A stretch of 64,000 bases of DNA from Cyanophora paradoxa CCMP329 (lineage: Eukaryota > Plantae > Glaucophyta), in NCBI GenBank assembly GCA_004431415.1, contig QPMI01000005.1, positions 1,054,001 through 1,118,000 on the forward strand, written 5' to 3'. Shown in pieces: positions 13,101-25,152 of the stretch; the stretch's first letter is position 1, and every line of letters begins with the position of its first letter. A model generated the notes under the pieces. The model ran no database searches. It saw only the letters and a list, made by a program, of their open reading frames with translations, and was not told where the DNA came from. A program made the position numbers and the translations under genes.

Positions 13101-14068
13101 TTCCTTCGCGAGTGTGAACACAACGGGTTTCGCTGTTTCGACTTCATCTGCGGGCATCATCGACAGCAACTTGAAGACGAACCCGGCTCCGGCCCTCAAG
13201 AACGGCAGCATGCTTCAGATGCAGGTTTTTGTTGAGCAAGACACAATGGCAGTGCAGCTGTTTGTTGACGGCGTCGCTGTTCTCCGCGATCCGTACACGG
13301 TCCAGAGTGCTCGCGAAAAAGCCGCAGCTGTGGAAGGTATTCAAACGGGGAAGATCGAGCTCGTTGCCAAGGCGCGCATTTCTCTCTTCACTCGGACGGA
13401 GCAGGTGCGCAGCGCTAAATCCCTATAGCTAGCTATAGGCCTCCTCCGCAACGCTAGCGCTTACTCCAAATTCCCAGATATCCATCACAAATTATCTCAA
13501 CGACCGCTACGCTGTGGCGATGACGAGTGCGCCGGGGCCCTGCAATTTCAATTCATGATCATAAAATCACCGACTTCTTCGACGCTTTGGGTTGCAGAGA
13601 AGCTGCTGCAAGAATTTGTTTCGCAGAACGTGGCGGCCCTCGCTAGCGACGTCCCCCAGGTGATAATTAAATCGCATTTTCTATCTGTGACGTAAGTTAT
13701 TCGACCAAATATAACGCAGGTCGTGGGTTCTGTGATGCTCAACAAGTTCGAGGTGACGCCCGACCAATTATATGCATTACAATACCGTTCGGGCCGCCTT
13801 GACGGCGTTTCGATGTTTCGCGTTTAAATTTCGCAGAAAAAGATGGAGGTCTGGTTGGAGAGGCAGCGGACGAAATGGCAGAGCGAAGGCCGGCCCCTGG
13901 CAGAGCTCCTGTCCGAGCCCCGCGACATCAAGGAGCACCGGTGAGCTCCGGACCATCAGCGACTCATTGACTGCTGCGCACGTGTCGTGACGCATGCGCA
14001 GGGCGGCGCTGGTGGCGCGGCTCAAGGTCCTGCGAGCCTCCCAGAGCAAGCTCGCCCTCCTCGGCTGA
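10160..14068 (+). CDS. Mx-like/dynamin-related GTPase with inserted beta-rich domain (start approximate)
   Basis: [12 protein letters not shown]...[21 protein letters not shown] (G1), [11 protein letters not shown] (G2), DLTVIDLPG (G3), GVITKVD (G4), NRSQKE, FFKSHP, middle domain, and C-terminal GED ([14 protein letters not shown]...[12 protein letters not shown]...LRASQSKL*). Confidence 0.9.
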
Positions 14069-14395
14069 TGCTTGGGCGCCGAGCACTCTAGATCTCTGTA
14101 ATAAATACCTCGGACGATTCAATTCAAAAAGCGATTTAAATTTGGAGCGGGTCCCGCGGCCGTGCATCGCGATCAACCAAGTAGCGACCCCGCCCCCCCA
14201 GCTGCTCTAGGGCGAATAAGCGTCCCCCAGCCCCCCGCTCCCCCGCTCCCCGCCCCCTCAAGCTCCCCCTTCCCCTTCAATTCTCAACCCGTCGACTCCA
14301 ATTGATAGCTGCCGTGGCCAGGCTGGTACCGCAGTGCATGCTGGCTACAATCTCAAGCTTAAGGGCCCGGGGAACGGCCGGCGGGGTTCTTCCCC

Positions 14396-14935
14396 TTATG
14401 ACTTGGCCAGGAGCTCGAGCACGGGGAGTTTTCCAGATCTCATTCCAAGGCTAGACAGAGGCTGCGGTAGCAGAGGCCGGGCGGGAATCTTTCCCATGGT
14501 CCCTCGGGTCAGCCCTGCCCGCCTCCGGATCCCCCGCCGCCCCGCCAGGCCCGCCCCGCGGGTGGTCGTCCTTCGGTGGTCCGGCCCCGCCGGCCGCGAG
14601 TCCCCCCAGAACTCCACCTGGGTACGCGTATTTAGAGGGAGAAGGAGGGGGGTACGCGGACATGCACGTCGAAGATCTCGACCTCGCGGTCGCCCACCAC
14701 GCGGAACACGACGTTGAGGCCTGGCGGGGGGGGGGGGGGTACGTGGGCAAGGGTCGGGGTGGGGGGGGTGGGGGGGGGGGAAAGCAGGGGTGCACGGTCA
14801 AAGGCCATGCCGTAGCGGCCGCCGGGCCCGTGCTTGCCGCGCGCTGGGTACAGGAATCAGCGAGGGAGGGTCCTTCGGCTTCCCGTCCGGCCCCACCGGC
14901 CACGAGCCCTCCCAGAACTCCACCTGGGTACGCAT
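14396..14935 (-). pseudogene. TrmO 3' fragment (last three exons) plus a second piece of the last exon
   Basis: RGKHGPGGRYGMAFDR-LNVVFRVVGDREVEIFD-VEFWGDSRP exons and introns match the 3' end of both TrmO copies. The 5' part is absent and the tail is frameshifted. Confidence 0.8.
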
Positions 14936-15218
14936 TTGATTTATGGGGGGAGGAGATTTAGAGAAGGGAGCTCCAGGGGGCGCGGGCGTGGGAGAAGCTT
15001 AAGCTTGAGGCCCGAGGCCTTGATCCTGAGAAACTGCGATCTCGAGAAATTTGAAGAGGGGGGGGGGGGGATTTCAACTTCGCTCGTACCCGCGGCCGGA
15101 GAAATTCGCTCAAAAATTCGATCGAAACTCATTTTAATTTTTTAGCGCGAAAAGCCGCTGAGCGCGACCGCGCCGATCCGATCGGCGCCGCGCGAGCGCA
15201 CGCAAGACGCTCGTTGGA

Positions 15219-17679
15219 ATGGAGACGCTCCCGCCGGAGATCGTGGCCCGCATCGCCGCGCCGCTCTCCAACATTGACCTGGCCCTCGCCGCGTCAGCCG
15301 GCCACGCCTGGCGCCGCGTCTTCTCCTCGCCGGAGCTCTGGGGGGACCGCGACTTCAGCATCCGGTGCGGATGCGCATATGCATGCGACCGATAACAAAT
15401 TAAAGCTTCGCTGGCGCGGCTGCGCCGCGGCGCGCGCTCATTCTTAATTATATATATAAGCTTGCGTGCAGCGTCGGGGTGCTGCAATTGCAATTCGACG
15501 TCGATCGATATCATGCACTCGGGCTTCAGCGAGAGCAGGTTCTCGCACAGATACCAGCGCTAGCTCCCGCCGGCGCCAGCGACGACAAATTCGCCGGCGT
15601 GCGCCTTCTGTCTGCGGAGGCGGCGACATCGATCTTCGGAAGCAGCACGTGCACTTCACTTGGTCGTGCACCTTATCTGTCCTCGAGGCGCATTTCGATC
15701 AGTCTAGAGCCGTACAGTGCATACGTGAACGACCGGCGGGATGCATGTGAGATCGATATTATGCATGCGCACTCGTGCTCTCTAAATCCGGAAGACGCTT
15801 CTGGTGCATGAATTTGATCTATGGATAGCTCGAATATTTATAGATACCTGCTTTCATGATCCGACCTGGGCGTAAATATCGTGAGCACGCAGGCCTCAAG
15901 AATCTCGTTTCGGTTATCCCGGCGTCTTTCCACGAACTGGAATTGCGCCTGTCCGCAATCGACCCCGAGAGTCGCGAAGCAGTCGCGCTCCTGGAGGCGA
16001 TGGATGTCTTCGGCGGCGTCCCGCAGCTGCGTTGCTTCGGCCTCTCGAAGGCAGATGCAGACTCGCTTCAAGAAATCCCTAAGCTCTCAATCCCAAGGTG
16101 GGTGGCAATCAATCCATTTCAGATCTCTAAGATCTCAAGAGAGCTCAATCCTAAGAAAACATATCTAGGGAAATCGGCGGGGAGCTCGAAGATACACCCG
16201 GAGATTCAAGCACGCGCACCGCGGCTGAAGAGCAAGCGAGATTAATTGAAGATATGCGACGGATGATCATCGCGGGAGCTGGAGCTCTGGCTGGTGCGCT
16301 GCAGCCGCTGAGCTGGTTATAATTACGTACAATTGCATAATTTAATTTGCGATTGCTTTGATAACTTCTGCAAATCAATTTATAACGTTTCTGCTGTTGT
16401 TCCGTCTAGGTATTGCTTCCGAGATACGCACACGCGTACGGCCGCCCTTTGTGCACCCTCTCGCAGCACGGCCGCGGCGGCTTGCTGCTGACGGACAGCC
16501 CAGCTGCAGCCAGATCGAGCGCCTCGAAGCGACCCTGACCCTCGGAGATTGGGTGTACGAGCGCCCCAATCACGGGGACGATATCGATTTTGATTCCGAA
16601 GCCGTGGCGGCGTTCAACATGCAGCTGCTGGAGTCCGTTCTGTCGGCCCACCCGCAGCTCAAGTTCATAAAGCAGGTCGTCGTGGGCGAGTTCTGCATGC
16701 GAATCGAGCTGAATGGAGTCGGGCCGTCACCGGTCGACCACGCGGCGCTTCTCAACAGAATGGCGGACGCTGGCATCGCTGTCGGCTGCCTGGTTGTAGA
16801 GGCGTGCAGCATCAACAGGGGCGTGGTCGCGGCAATCAAGCGGGTCGTCAAAACGGAGCCCCGCTGCACTGACGTGCGGCTCAAGTTCGTCGACATTGCA
16901 CCAGGCGTGCTGACTGGCGAATCAAATCTCGACATCTTTGCGGACGTTCGGCAGCTTGAAATTCTCATTGGGACCGTAAATGTGTCGAACTATGATGGTG
17001 GCGACTTTTACTGGGTCGGAGGGCCCGTCGAAGACGACTTTCTCGACTGGCTCCAAGGTGCGATCAACTTCTTCGACTCTAGATCTTTTAGATAGTGCAA
17101 TTAATTACATTATTAGTATTCAAGAAGGCAAGGTTCTGCAGCTGACTCTATGTTTGAGCAGCCGGAGCACACGCATCGACAGTGCAGGACCTCCTGCTTG
17201 GCTGCGAGTGGCCCGAATTCGCTGCGAGCGACGCGCCAGCGATTGCTTCTGCCGCCGACAAAATCGCTGCAGCCTTCTCCTCCATGACCCGACTCAACCG
17301 CCTCGGGCTAGACTTTGTCACTCAGTGGGGCCTCAACTTTGTCGACCAGTCTCGCCTCTCGCCAGTCGTTCCCTCCATCGTGTCGGCCCTTCCTCGAGCC
17401 TGCCCGTCGCTCCGGCGGATCTACTTCCCGCAGATGTGGCGCGACTTCCATCGCGGCGACGCCCCCACAGCGATCACGCTGATCATGACCGACGTCGTCG
17501 AGGCGTGCGGTCTCTTGCTGCTGCCGCGCGTCAACTGCAAGGAATCCATGCTCGTGGCCAGCGCTAGCGGATCAAATCTCTGGGTCGAGCTGCCGGCGGG
17601 GGTTGCCGACGATCGCGAGCTTGAGGGCCAGCTGCAGGCGGAGGCCGATCGCGAACCGGCAGCGATGGCGGAAACTTGA
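15219..17679 (+). CDS. F-box protein with divergent LRR-like C-terminus (multi-exon; could be two genes)
   Basis: N-terminal METLPPEIVARIAAPLSNIDLALAASAGHAWRRVFSSPELW is F-box-like. Downstream LRR-like segments (GVPQLRCFGLS, AHPQLKFIK, ACPSLRRIYF). Confidence 0.65.
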
Positions 17680-17714
17680 CAAGAAGGCCTCTAGATCTAA
17701 ACAAATTACTTTTT

Positions 17715-20495
17715 TAAATTCGATGAGGCTTTCAATGAGCTTGAGTTAATATCAGAGCGTCGCCCGCTTTCAGAGCGTCTCCAATTTTATTCTCCCGATT
17801 TCATCTGCTTCTGCAGAGCTCGAGCGTGCTGCATGCGCGCAGTGCAGCTGCAGGCCAGAGCGTGCTGCAGTGCACTTAATTGCTCGTGCACGCGCACAGT
17901 GCACGCGTACGTGGGGGGGCGTATGCGCATGCACGGCTCTTCAGAGGCAGCTCTCCGCAGGAAACTCAATGATTGATCAGCAAAAACATATTTCAAGATC
18001 GGCAAAGATAGGCGCTAGGCGCTAGGGCGCTAGATCAAGATCGGCAGCCTAGCTACTGCCCGGCGCTAGGGGCGGCGCTGGGATCTTCCCCACAGCCAGC
18101 CCCCCCGGCCTCCCCCGCCGCCCCGTCAGCTGCAGGCCCGCCCCGCGGGTGGTGGTCCCTCGGCCTCCCATCCGGCCCCGCCGGCCGCGAGTCCCCCCAG
18201 AACTCCACCTGGGTACGCGTATTTAGAGGGATGGAGTGGGGGGGGGGGAAGAAGGAGGGGGTACGCGGGCACGCACGTCGAAGATCTCGACCTCCCGGTC
18301 TCCCACCACGCGGAACACGACGTTGAGGCCTGGCGGGGGGTACGTGGGCAAGGGGTCGGGGGTCAGCGGGGGGGGGGGGGGGGGGGGGGTGGGAAGCAGG
18401 GGTGCACGGTCAAAGGCCATGCCGTAGCGGCCGCCGGGCCCGTGCTTGCCGCGCGCTGGGTACAGGAATCAGCGAGGGAGGGGGCAGGGGAGGTACGGGT
18501 ACGCGGCAGCGCACAGTGGGCCGAGCGGGGGTCGAGCCCGAGCGTTTGCTCGACCGCCTGCTCGAGAGGCGTGAGACGGGTACAGAGCAAGAGGGAGGGG
18601 TGCGCGATTCGCCTCCTTTATGTCCTCGAAGCGGTCGTAGAACTTGAGGCGGGGTACGAGGGCCCGCAGCAGGCCCTCGGCCTCCCCCGTCCAGCGCACC
18701 GCCACCGGAACCATTTTCGGCGCAGCCATCCACTCCGCCGAGCGCTGGGGGGTACGGGTTCGGAAGTAGTGGGGAGGGGTACGAAAACGGGGCGGACCGC
18801 TTCAGGGATCGAATCCGAGTAGGCGACCTGCGATGGGGGCGGGCTCGTCAGCCGCCTTTCAGCGTCCGGGAGGGGTACAGATAGCTGACGTAGGGCTTGA
18901 TGTCGAGGATGCTGCGCCACTCTTTTTCAGCCCAGAAAAGTGCGGCAACGGGGAGGGGTACGGGGGCGCGCACGGGGTACAGTCGACGAGGTCGATGCCC
19001 GAGAAGTAGAGCGTACCCGCCCGCGCGTCCACGCGGTCCAACTTGACGACGCTGGGGGTACGTGGGCAGAGAAGGGGATGGGGGTACGGGCCGAGGAGGC
19101 GCGGGGCACACCTCAGACCAACTGCCACAGAATGCTTCGATGAGCAGGGGATTGATACATAAGGGGTAGAAGAGTTTGCTCACGGGGGTTGGGGTGGTGA
19201 GGGGACCGGGACCTGGGGGGACGCTCGGATTACCGAAGGGGGTACAGGAGGCTGCGCGGCGGACGCGGCAGGGGCTGAGAACTCACGCGAAGACTCCGAC
19301 CTGCGGGGGTGCGGGGCGCGTGAGCGGCGCCGACGCCAGGCGGATCGGGGGGTACGGGGCCGCGCCTTCTCGCCGTCTAGGCGGGGTAGCGCGATCTTCG
19401 TTTGCAGCCGGCGGTTGTCGTTCAGCTGCGGAGGGTAGAGGCAAAAGTCGGCGGGGCCCCGCTCGAAGCCGCGGGTTCGAGTCCAGGGGCGAACGTTAAA
19501 GACAAAGATGAGCCAGACGTGCGAGTACTCCTCGAGCCCTTCGAGGCAGTAGAGGGGTGAGATGTCCCTTCGCAGCTGGAGGCGCGCCCGCGTCTTGGGC
19601 ACGAGGTTCGCCTGCCGTGGCGTCCCGTGCTGCGCATGCGCGGTGGACGCCGGTCGGATCGATTTCGAGATTTGATCCGAGGGGCGACTGGACCTTCTCA
19701 GGGAAGACAGAATCGATGAAGCCAATTGGCTCGAACATGACTCCCGCGTTGGCTCCAGAGACCGTGACGAGCCGCTTGAGCGATTCGATCGCGGGCGCGT
19801 GGGCGGGAAGGAAGACGGGCGGCGCGGCGGCGCTGCCCTCCGCCGCGGCCGCCCGCTCGCGCGCCAGCCGCTGCCGCGCCTTTCGGGACTTGGGCTTCTG
19901 CTGCTGCTTCTGCTGCTGGGAAGCGCCCGCGCTGGTCTCCGCCTCCTCGTCGCTCTCGTGCTCGTCCGCTACATCGGCCGCGGGCTGGGAGCCGCCAGCA
20001 TCCATGCCGAGCGATCGACGAGGAGCGATAGCTAACGCTGGTCGATCGATTGGGAAGGCAGTCGCGCCACGAGCCGCCGCGTGGGCGATCGCACGACCGA
20101 GGAAGACGCCCCGCAGCGCGGGCGCGCACGCGCGGGCTGCGGACCGACCGACGCGAAGCAGATCCAGCTAGCTCGCCTGCAAGCTGCCCAGCGTGGATCG
20201 GCGCTGCTGTTTGACGAAGTCGATGTCGAATGCTCGGCGCTGGCAACCAGCTGGCGGGCCCGAATGGGAGCGCGCCCTGTGAGACTGTGAGTCGTCAGAA
20301 TGCTACAGCCTGAGAGCTCTGTGCGGCTGGCTCGCCCGAATCTCTCGCCGCCCAGCTGCGGGGGGTATCTGCGCTTCGGCCGAACTTCGGGGTACAACAA
20401 GCTGAACCGAGGAGGGGTACAGGGACTGGCTTCAAGTTTTGGTCTTGGCAAAATCCACACGCTGCGGCGCCCCGATCTGGACTTACGGCCCCCCT
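17715..20495. repeat. Segmental direct duplication, copy B (partner ~2165-4875)
   Basis: See copy A. Confidence 0.9.
18053..20005 (-). CDS. TRMO: TrmO/TsaA tRNA methyltransferase, copy 2
   Basis: Same exon structure and motifs as copy 1. The exons checked, including the last one ending SAGQ*, stay in frame. Confidence 0.88.
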
Positions 20496-20632
20496 ACCCG
20501 CGATTCACAGATCGGATATCGCATTGACTTTCAAATTGGCCCAGTGGACAGCTCTCCAGTCTACGAGAGAGCGGCGCGGGATCTCGAAAGCCCACGCGAG
20601 AACGGCTCGGGCGCGGGCGCGGGCCCGTCCGT

Positions 20633-21395
20633 CTAGAACAGCTTCTTGAGGTCGGCCAGGTCGAGCTTGCCGCTGGACTTCTTGGCAGCCACCTTGCTCG
20701 CCTTGGCCTGGAGCTTCGTCTGGCCCTGCTTCCCGCCCTGCGTGCGGGGCGTGGCGGGGGCCGGTCGGCACGGGACGAGGCGGGGCGAGATATCCGAGAG
20801 ACGGCGGCGCGGGATGGGCACCTTCGCTGCGGCCTTTGCCGCCTTGCCCGCGGCCGCCTTCCCCTCCTTCGATTCACGCGGCCGCCACTCGTAGAACTTC
20901 GTCTTGATCTATCTCGCGCGTCGGCCGGGGGGGTACGAAGGCCGCGCGCCAAGGGGGGTACGGGCGCGCGCGCGCGCACGCGGTCGGGGTCGCCGGGGAA
21001 GACGCGGACGAGGACGTGGGAACGGCGGGCCCGCACGGCCGCGTCGTAGCGATCGCACTTGCGGAAGTGCTTGAGGTAGAACTTGCCGTTCAGCTGCGAA
21101 GGGCAGGCCTGGTCAGCGCGGGCGACGCGCAGGGGATCAAATTCGACCGGATTCGAAAAGCGCGCGCCTCGAAGACGTCAATCGGCGTCATCTTGCGGAT
21201 GGCGCCGGTTTCGAGCTTTCTGGCGAGTTCCACGACCTCGGGCTCCTCCTGGCGCCCCGGGAATCCGTGCGGCGCGATGACCTGCCTCAGGAGCACGGTC
21301 TTCCTGTTGCGGTCGCGCATCGACGCGAGCTTGTGCCGCAGGACGGGATCCTCGATCGTCCTCAGATCGACGTTCTTGTACTTCCGGATCGACAT
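20633..21395 (-). CDS. ParB/sulfiredoxin-like domain protein with Lys/Ala-rich tail
   Basis: Spliced EVVELARKLETGAIRKMTPIDVFE-LNGKFYLKHFRKCDRYDAAVRARRSHVLVRVF resembles the ParB/Srx core (PIDVxEVDGxYY...CHRYEA). C-terminal KAAKAAAK...LADLKKLF*. Confidence 0.55.
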
Positions 21396-22028
21396 GGGCC
21401 GGCCCGGCGGGGGACCCCGCTTGGCTGCGGAACGCGGCTCGGAACTCAGAGTCGGAACGGGCCGCAGATGGAAATGGATCCGGGAGGCAACCCGCACCAG
21501 GCGGCGCCGTCGCTTCCCCGTCGGCATTCAAAGAGTCGTTCCCGTCCGACTCCGCCGCCTCCGCGCTGCGCCCCGCCCGCAGCTAAGCGACCAGATCGCC
21601 CGAGCCGCGAGGCCGAGCGCACCTGTCGTCGGCGATGGCCAGGACCACCGGCGTGTGCTCCCACGCTCGGCGCGCCGCCGGAGCCGCCGCGGCGATCCAG
21701 CGGAACGGCGCGGGCTTCACGCCCACGAAGGCGGATCGCAGCATTGTCGCGGCCCTCGTGGCGGCCGCCGCCGGGCGCACGGGCCGGCCGCCATCGACCC
21801 GAGATGCCGCCGTGAAGGTCCATGTGCTGAGCAAGTGCCTGTTCGCGTTGAGCGACTCGGCCCGATGCTGCGCGACCAAGGCGTTAGTCGGTTGCTTGGA
21901 TCTTCGTGAGTGGCGCAGAGACGCACGCCAGCCGGCAGGCACGTCGCGAAGGCCGCCATAGCGAGCGGCCTCGACCCACGATTCTTTCTGACGCGTACCC
22001 GTGCGGGCCGACCAATTCGCCGAGCTCG

Positions 22029-23405
22029 ATGGCGGGCGCGGCCCTAACCCCCGAGCAGCGCTCTAGGAGCGTGTTCGGTGCGTGCCTTGCGGTCTCCGAT
22101 GACCGCAACGTGCCTCGCCGAGGTTTCGCCTTCGCAGTGGGCAACATCCCGTACGATGCGACGGAAGAGTCCATGAGCGAGCTCTTCGGGCGCGTTGGGC
22201 CCGTGGTCGCGTTTCGGTGCGTGCCGCGCCTCCGCGGGCTCTCCATTCGCCGGCCGCCAGTGCCCCGACCCGCGCCTCCAGCTAGCTCACGCCGGCGCGC
22301 AGAATGGTCACAGACAAGGACTCTGGCAGGCCAAAGGGCTTCGGCTTCTGCGAGTTCGCCGACCCGCAGACCGCAGAGTCCGCCGTCCGGAACAGTGCGC
22401 CCCGCCTCCCGCTCCGTGCGCCTCCGCCGACGCCCCGGCGCGCCCGCAGTGAACAACTTCGACATGAATGGGCGGGCGCTGAGGGTTGACTTCGCTGATG
22501 ACGCCCGATCGATGTCCCGCGCGGTGCGCCGAGCCCGCCCGCCCGCCCGCCCCGCGCTCAGCTTCCGCCCGCGCCCGCCCTCCGACAGGGCCCCAGCGGA
22601 TCCCACGTCTCGGTGCGCGGCCCGCTCCCGCTCGCGGAGCGCCGCGCTCACGCCCCTCGTCGCCGGCGCAGAACCCGCTGGATCTCATCGCCCAGCAGCT
22701 CTCCAACATGTCGAGCCACCAGATGTACGACATCATGGTCCAGATGAAGGTACCCCCCCTCCGTGCAGTACCCCCCTCGCGCTTCTCCCCCGCCCCCGAC
22801 GACGCGGTACCCAGGGACTGGTCGTCCAGCACCAGGAGCAGATGCGGCAGATCCTCGTCAACACGCCGCAGCTGGCGCACGCGCTCCTCCAGATGCAGGC
22901 CATGCTCGGAATGCTCAAGCCAGTGGCGCGTCCTTGTGTTCCCTCCGCTCCGCTCCGCTCCGGTCGCCGCTGACTCCGCTTCTGCTGCTGTGCAGGGCGC
23001 CGGGACTCTGGGCGTGCAAACCCCCGCGGCGCCCGTCGTCCCGGCGGCCGCCCCTGTACCCATGGCCATGCCCCCGCAGGCCGTCGCCCCCGGCTTCCCG
23101 GCCCAGCCGTTCCCCCCGCAGCCCCAGCCCGCCTTCCCCATGGCACCTCAGCCCGCCCCCGGATTCGCACCCTCCGTCCCCGGCTTCGCCCCCCCCGCCG
23201 CCGGCCCCGGCGTCGCCCCGGTCATGCAGGAGCAGCTCCTCCAGCAGGTACCCCCCTTCTTTTCCCTCGCCTTCGCGTACCCCCCGTCTTCCTCTGATTC
23301 GCGTACCCCCCGCAGGTCCTGAACCTCACGCCGCAGCAGATCGAAATGCTTCCGCCCATGCAGCGCGACCAGGTCAGGATGCTCCAGCAGCAGTACAGGA
23401 GATAG
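22029..23405 (+). CDS. CSTF2: Cleavage stimulation factor 64-kDa subunit (RRM, hinge, C-terminal domain)
   Basis: [15 protein letters not shown]...[17 protein letters not shown]...[11 protein letters not shown]; hinge (MYDIMVQMK...[16 protein letters not shown]); C-term [21 protein letters not shown]. Confidence 0.92.
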
Positions 23406-23627
23406 GCAGCAAGCAGCTAGGGGTACGGTATCGTATTGGAGCGTAGTGCATTTAGTAGAACAGGCGGGATTGGAGCGCGGAGGGGCGCGGGGGCGAGGGG
23501 CGTCAGCTGACGACGCAGCGGGAGGGGCGGGGCGCGGCGGGCTCCCCAGGACCCTCCTTGACCCGCCTGCACGGCACTGAATAAGCTTGATCTCTAAGCG
23601 AAAAATGCAAGCTTAGAGCGCTTTCGG

Positions 23628-25099
23628 CTAAGGGGGCCCGGACGGCGCACCGGCAGAGCCACTCGGTTGCCACCAGCGGCGTAGCCGACGCCCTCCGGCT
23701 CCAAGCCGCCACGGCCACCTGCCGGGGTACTCGATCAGGCGCCGGGCGGGGTACAGGCCGGGCGGGGCGGGGCGGGCCTGGACGAAGGGGGCGCCGGCGG
23801 GGCCGGGGCCGGCCGGGGGGAGAAGAGCGCGAGCCGCCACGCGGCGCCAGCAGCCGGCACCCGCGCCGTCTCCCGCGGACCCAGAGCCCGAGCCCGAGCC
23901 CGGCCCGGCGCTGCCGTCCTCCTCCGCGGGCTTCCGGGCCCCGCCGCCCCCCACGGCGCTCTCCGGGGTACCCTCGAGCTCGCTCGAGACGTCCTCCATC
24001 CGGAGCCGCTTCGCCGGCCGCGGGCTCTCCTCCTCGACTTCATCGTACCCCGGTCCCAGGGCGTCGCCCTGCACGGGTAGACCCGCCGGCCCGAGCCGCG
24101 GCTCCTCCACCCCTGCGCGGGACTGGGCCGCGGAAGGTAGGCGCAGGGGGGTACGGGCGCGCACGGGCGTAGCGGAGGCCCAGGACCTCGACGGGGGTAC
24201 GACCCCGGTTCGTGAGGGTCAGCTGGACGAGCCAGTCGTACCCCTCTCCGTCCTCGGCCGGGCCGACGAAAGTCGCCTCCGTGGAATGCGATACCCCCTC
24301 CACCGCCTCCGGCGCCTCCGTAGCCTTGCTCTTGCCCTCTGTAGGGCTGAGCGGAGGCAGGGACGGGACGGGAGGCAGCTCGGGCCCGGGTGAAAGGGGG
24401 GTACGCGAATCCGGCGCCGACGGGGAGGTGGACGGGGGGGAGGATAGGCCGGGGGAGGTCGAGCGGGTTACGAAGCCCGCGGGGCCGTGCGGGGGCAGCG
24501 CGGACTCCAGAAGGCTGCTGGTCGCCGCGTCGTCGGCCTGCGCCGCGAGCGCGACGCCGCCGCCGGCCTCGAGCGCGCGGAGCATCGACCGGAACGGGCG
24601 CAGGCGGTGCGCGGCCGCGGCCGCCTCGTCCACGGCCCGCTCCGCGTCGGCGAACGCCTCCGCTGCGGAGCGCGCGTCATTTCGCGGCGGCGGAGGCTGG
24701 CGGGGATTCCGAAGCTGGCGGGCCGGGATCGGGGGCCCTATCGAGGACGAGTGCCTCCTTGTGCCGATTGTACGCGGCGAGTGACGACCTCAGGAGCGCC
24801 GCCCACGGGCTCCATCTCCCGCGCACGAGCCGGGCAGTGATCGGCGCGAAGAGCTCGAGCTCCTCGAGACTGCAGGCGCGCGAGACGTCAGAACAGACAC
24901 GTATCCGCTTCGAATTGCTAGCAGCAATGCCCGCGCACCCTTGCAGGTCCCGCGCGAGCCGTAGGAGATCGTCCACCTCTGCAGCGACGGGGCAGGCGCG
25001 CGACGAGTGGAGCGCCGCGAGAGATCTCAGCAAGACGGGAGCCGAGTGCGGGGCAACCGGTTCGCCCCCGGGAGCCCGAAGCGGGAGCGCGCTCGCCAT
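23628..25099 (-). CDS. Hypothetical protein with a partial ApaG-like segment
   Basis: Exon chain MASALPL...; segment VSHSTEATFVG...YDWLVQLTLTNRGRTPVEVLGLRY resembles the ApaG N-terminal strands. Confidence 0.45.
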
Positions 25100-25152
25100 C
25101 GCACGTACCCCGACGTGGACTGGCTTCTTCTTGCTAGAGCTCAGCAGCGAAG

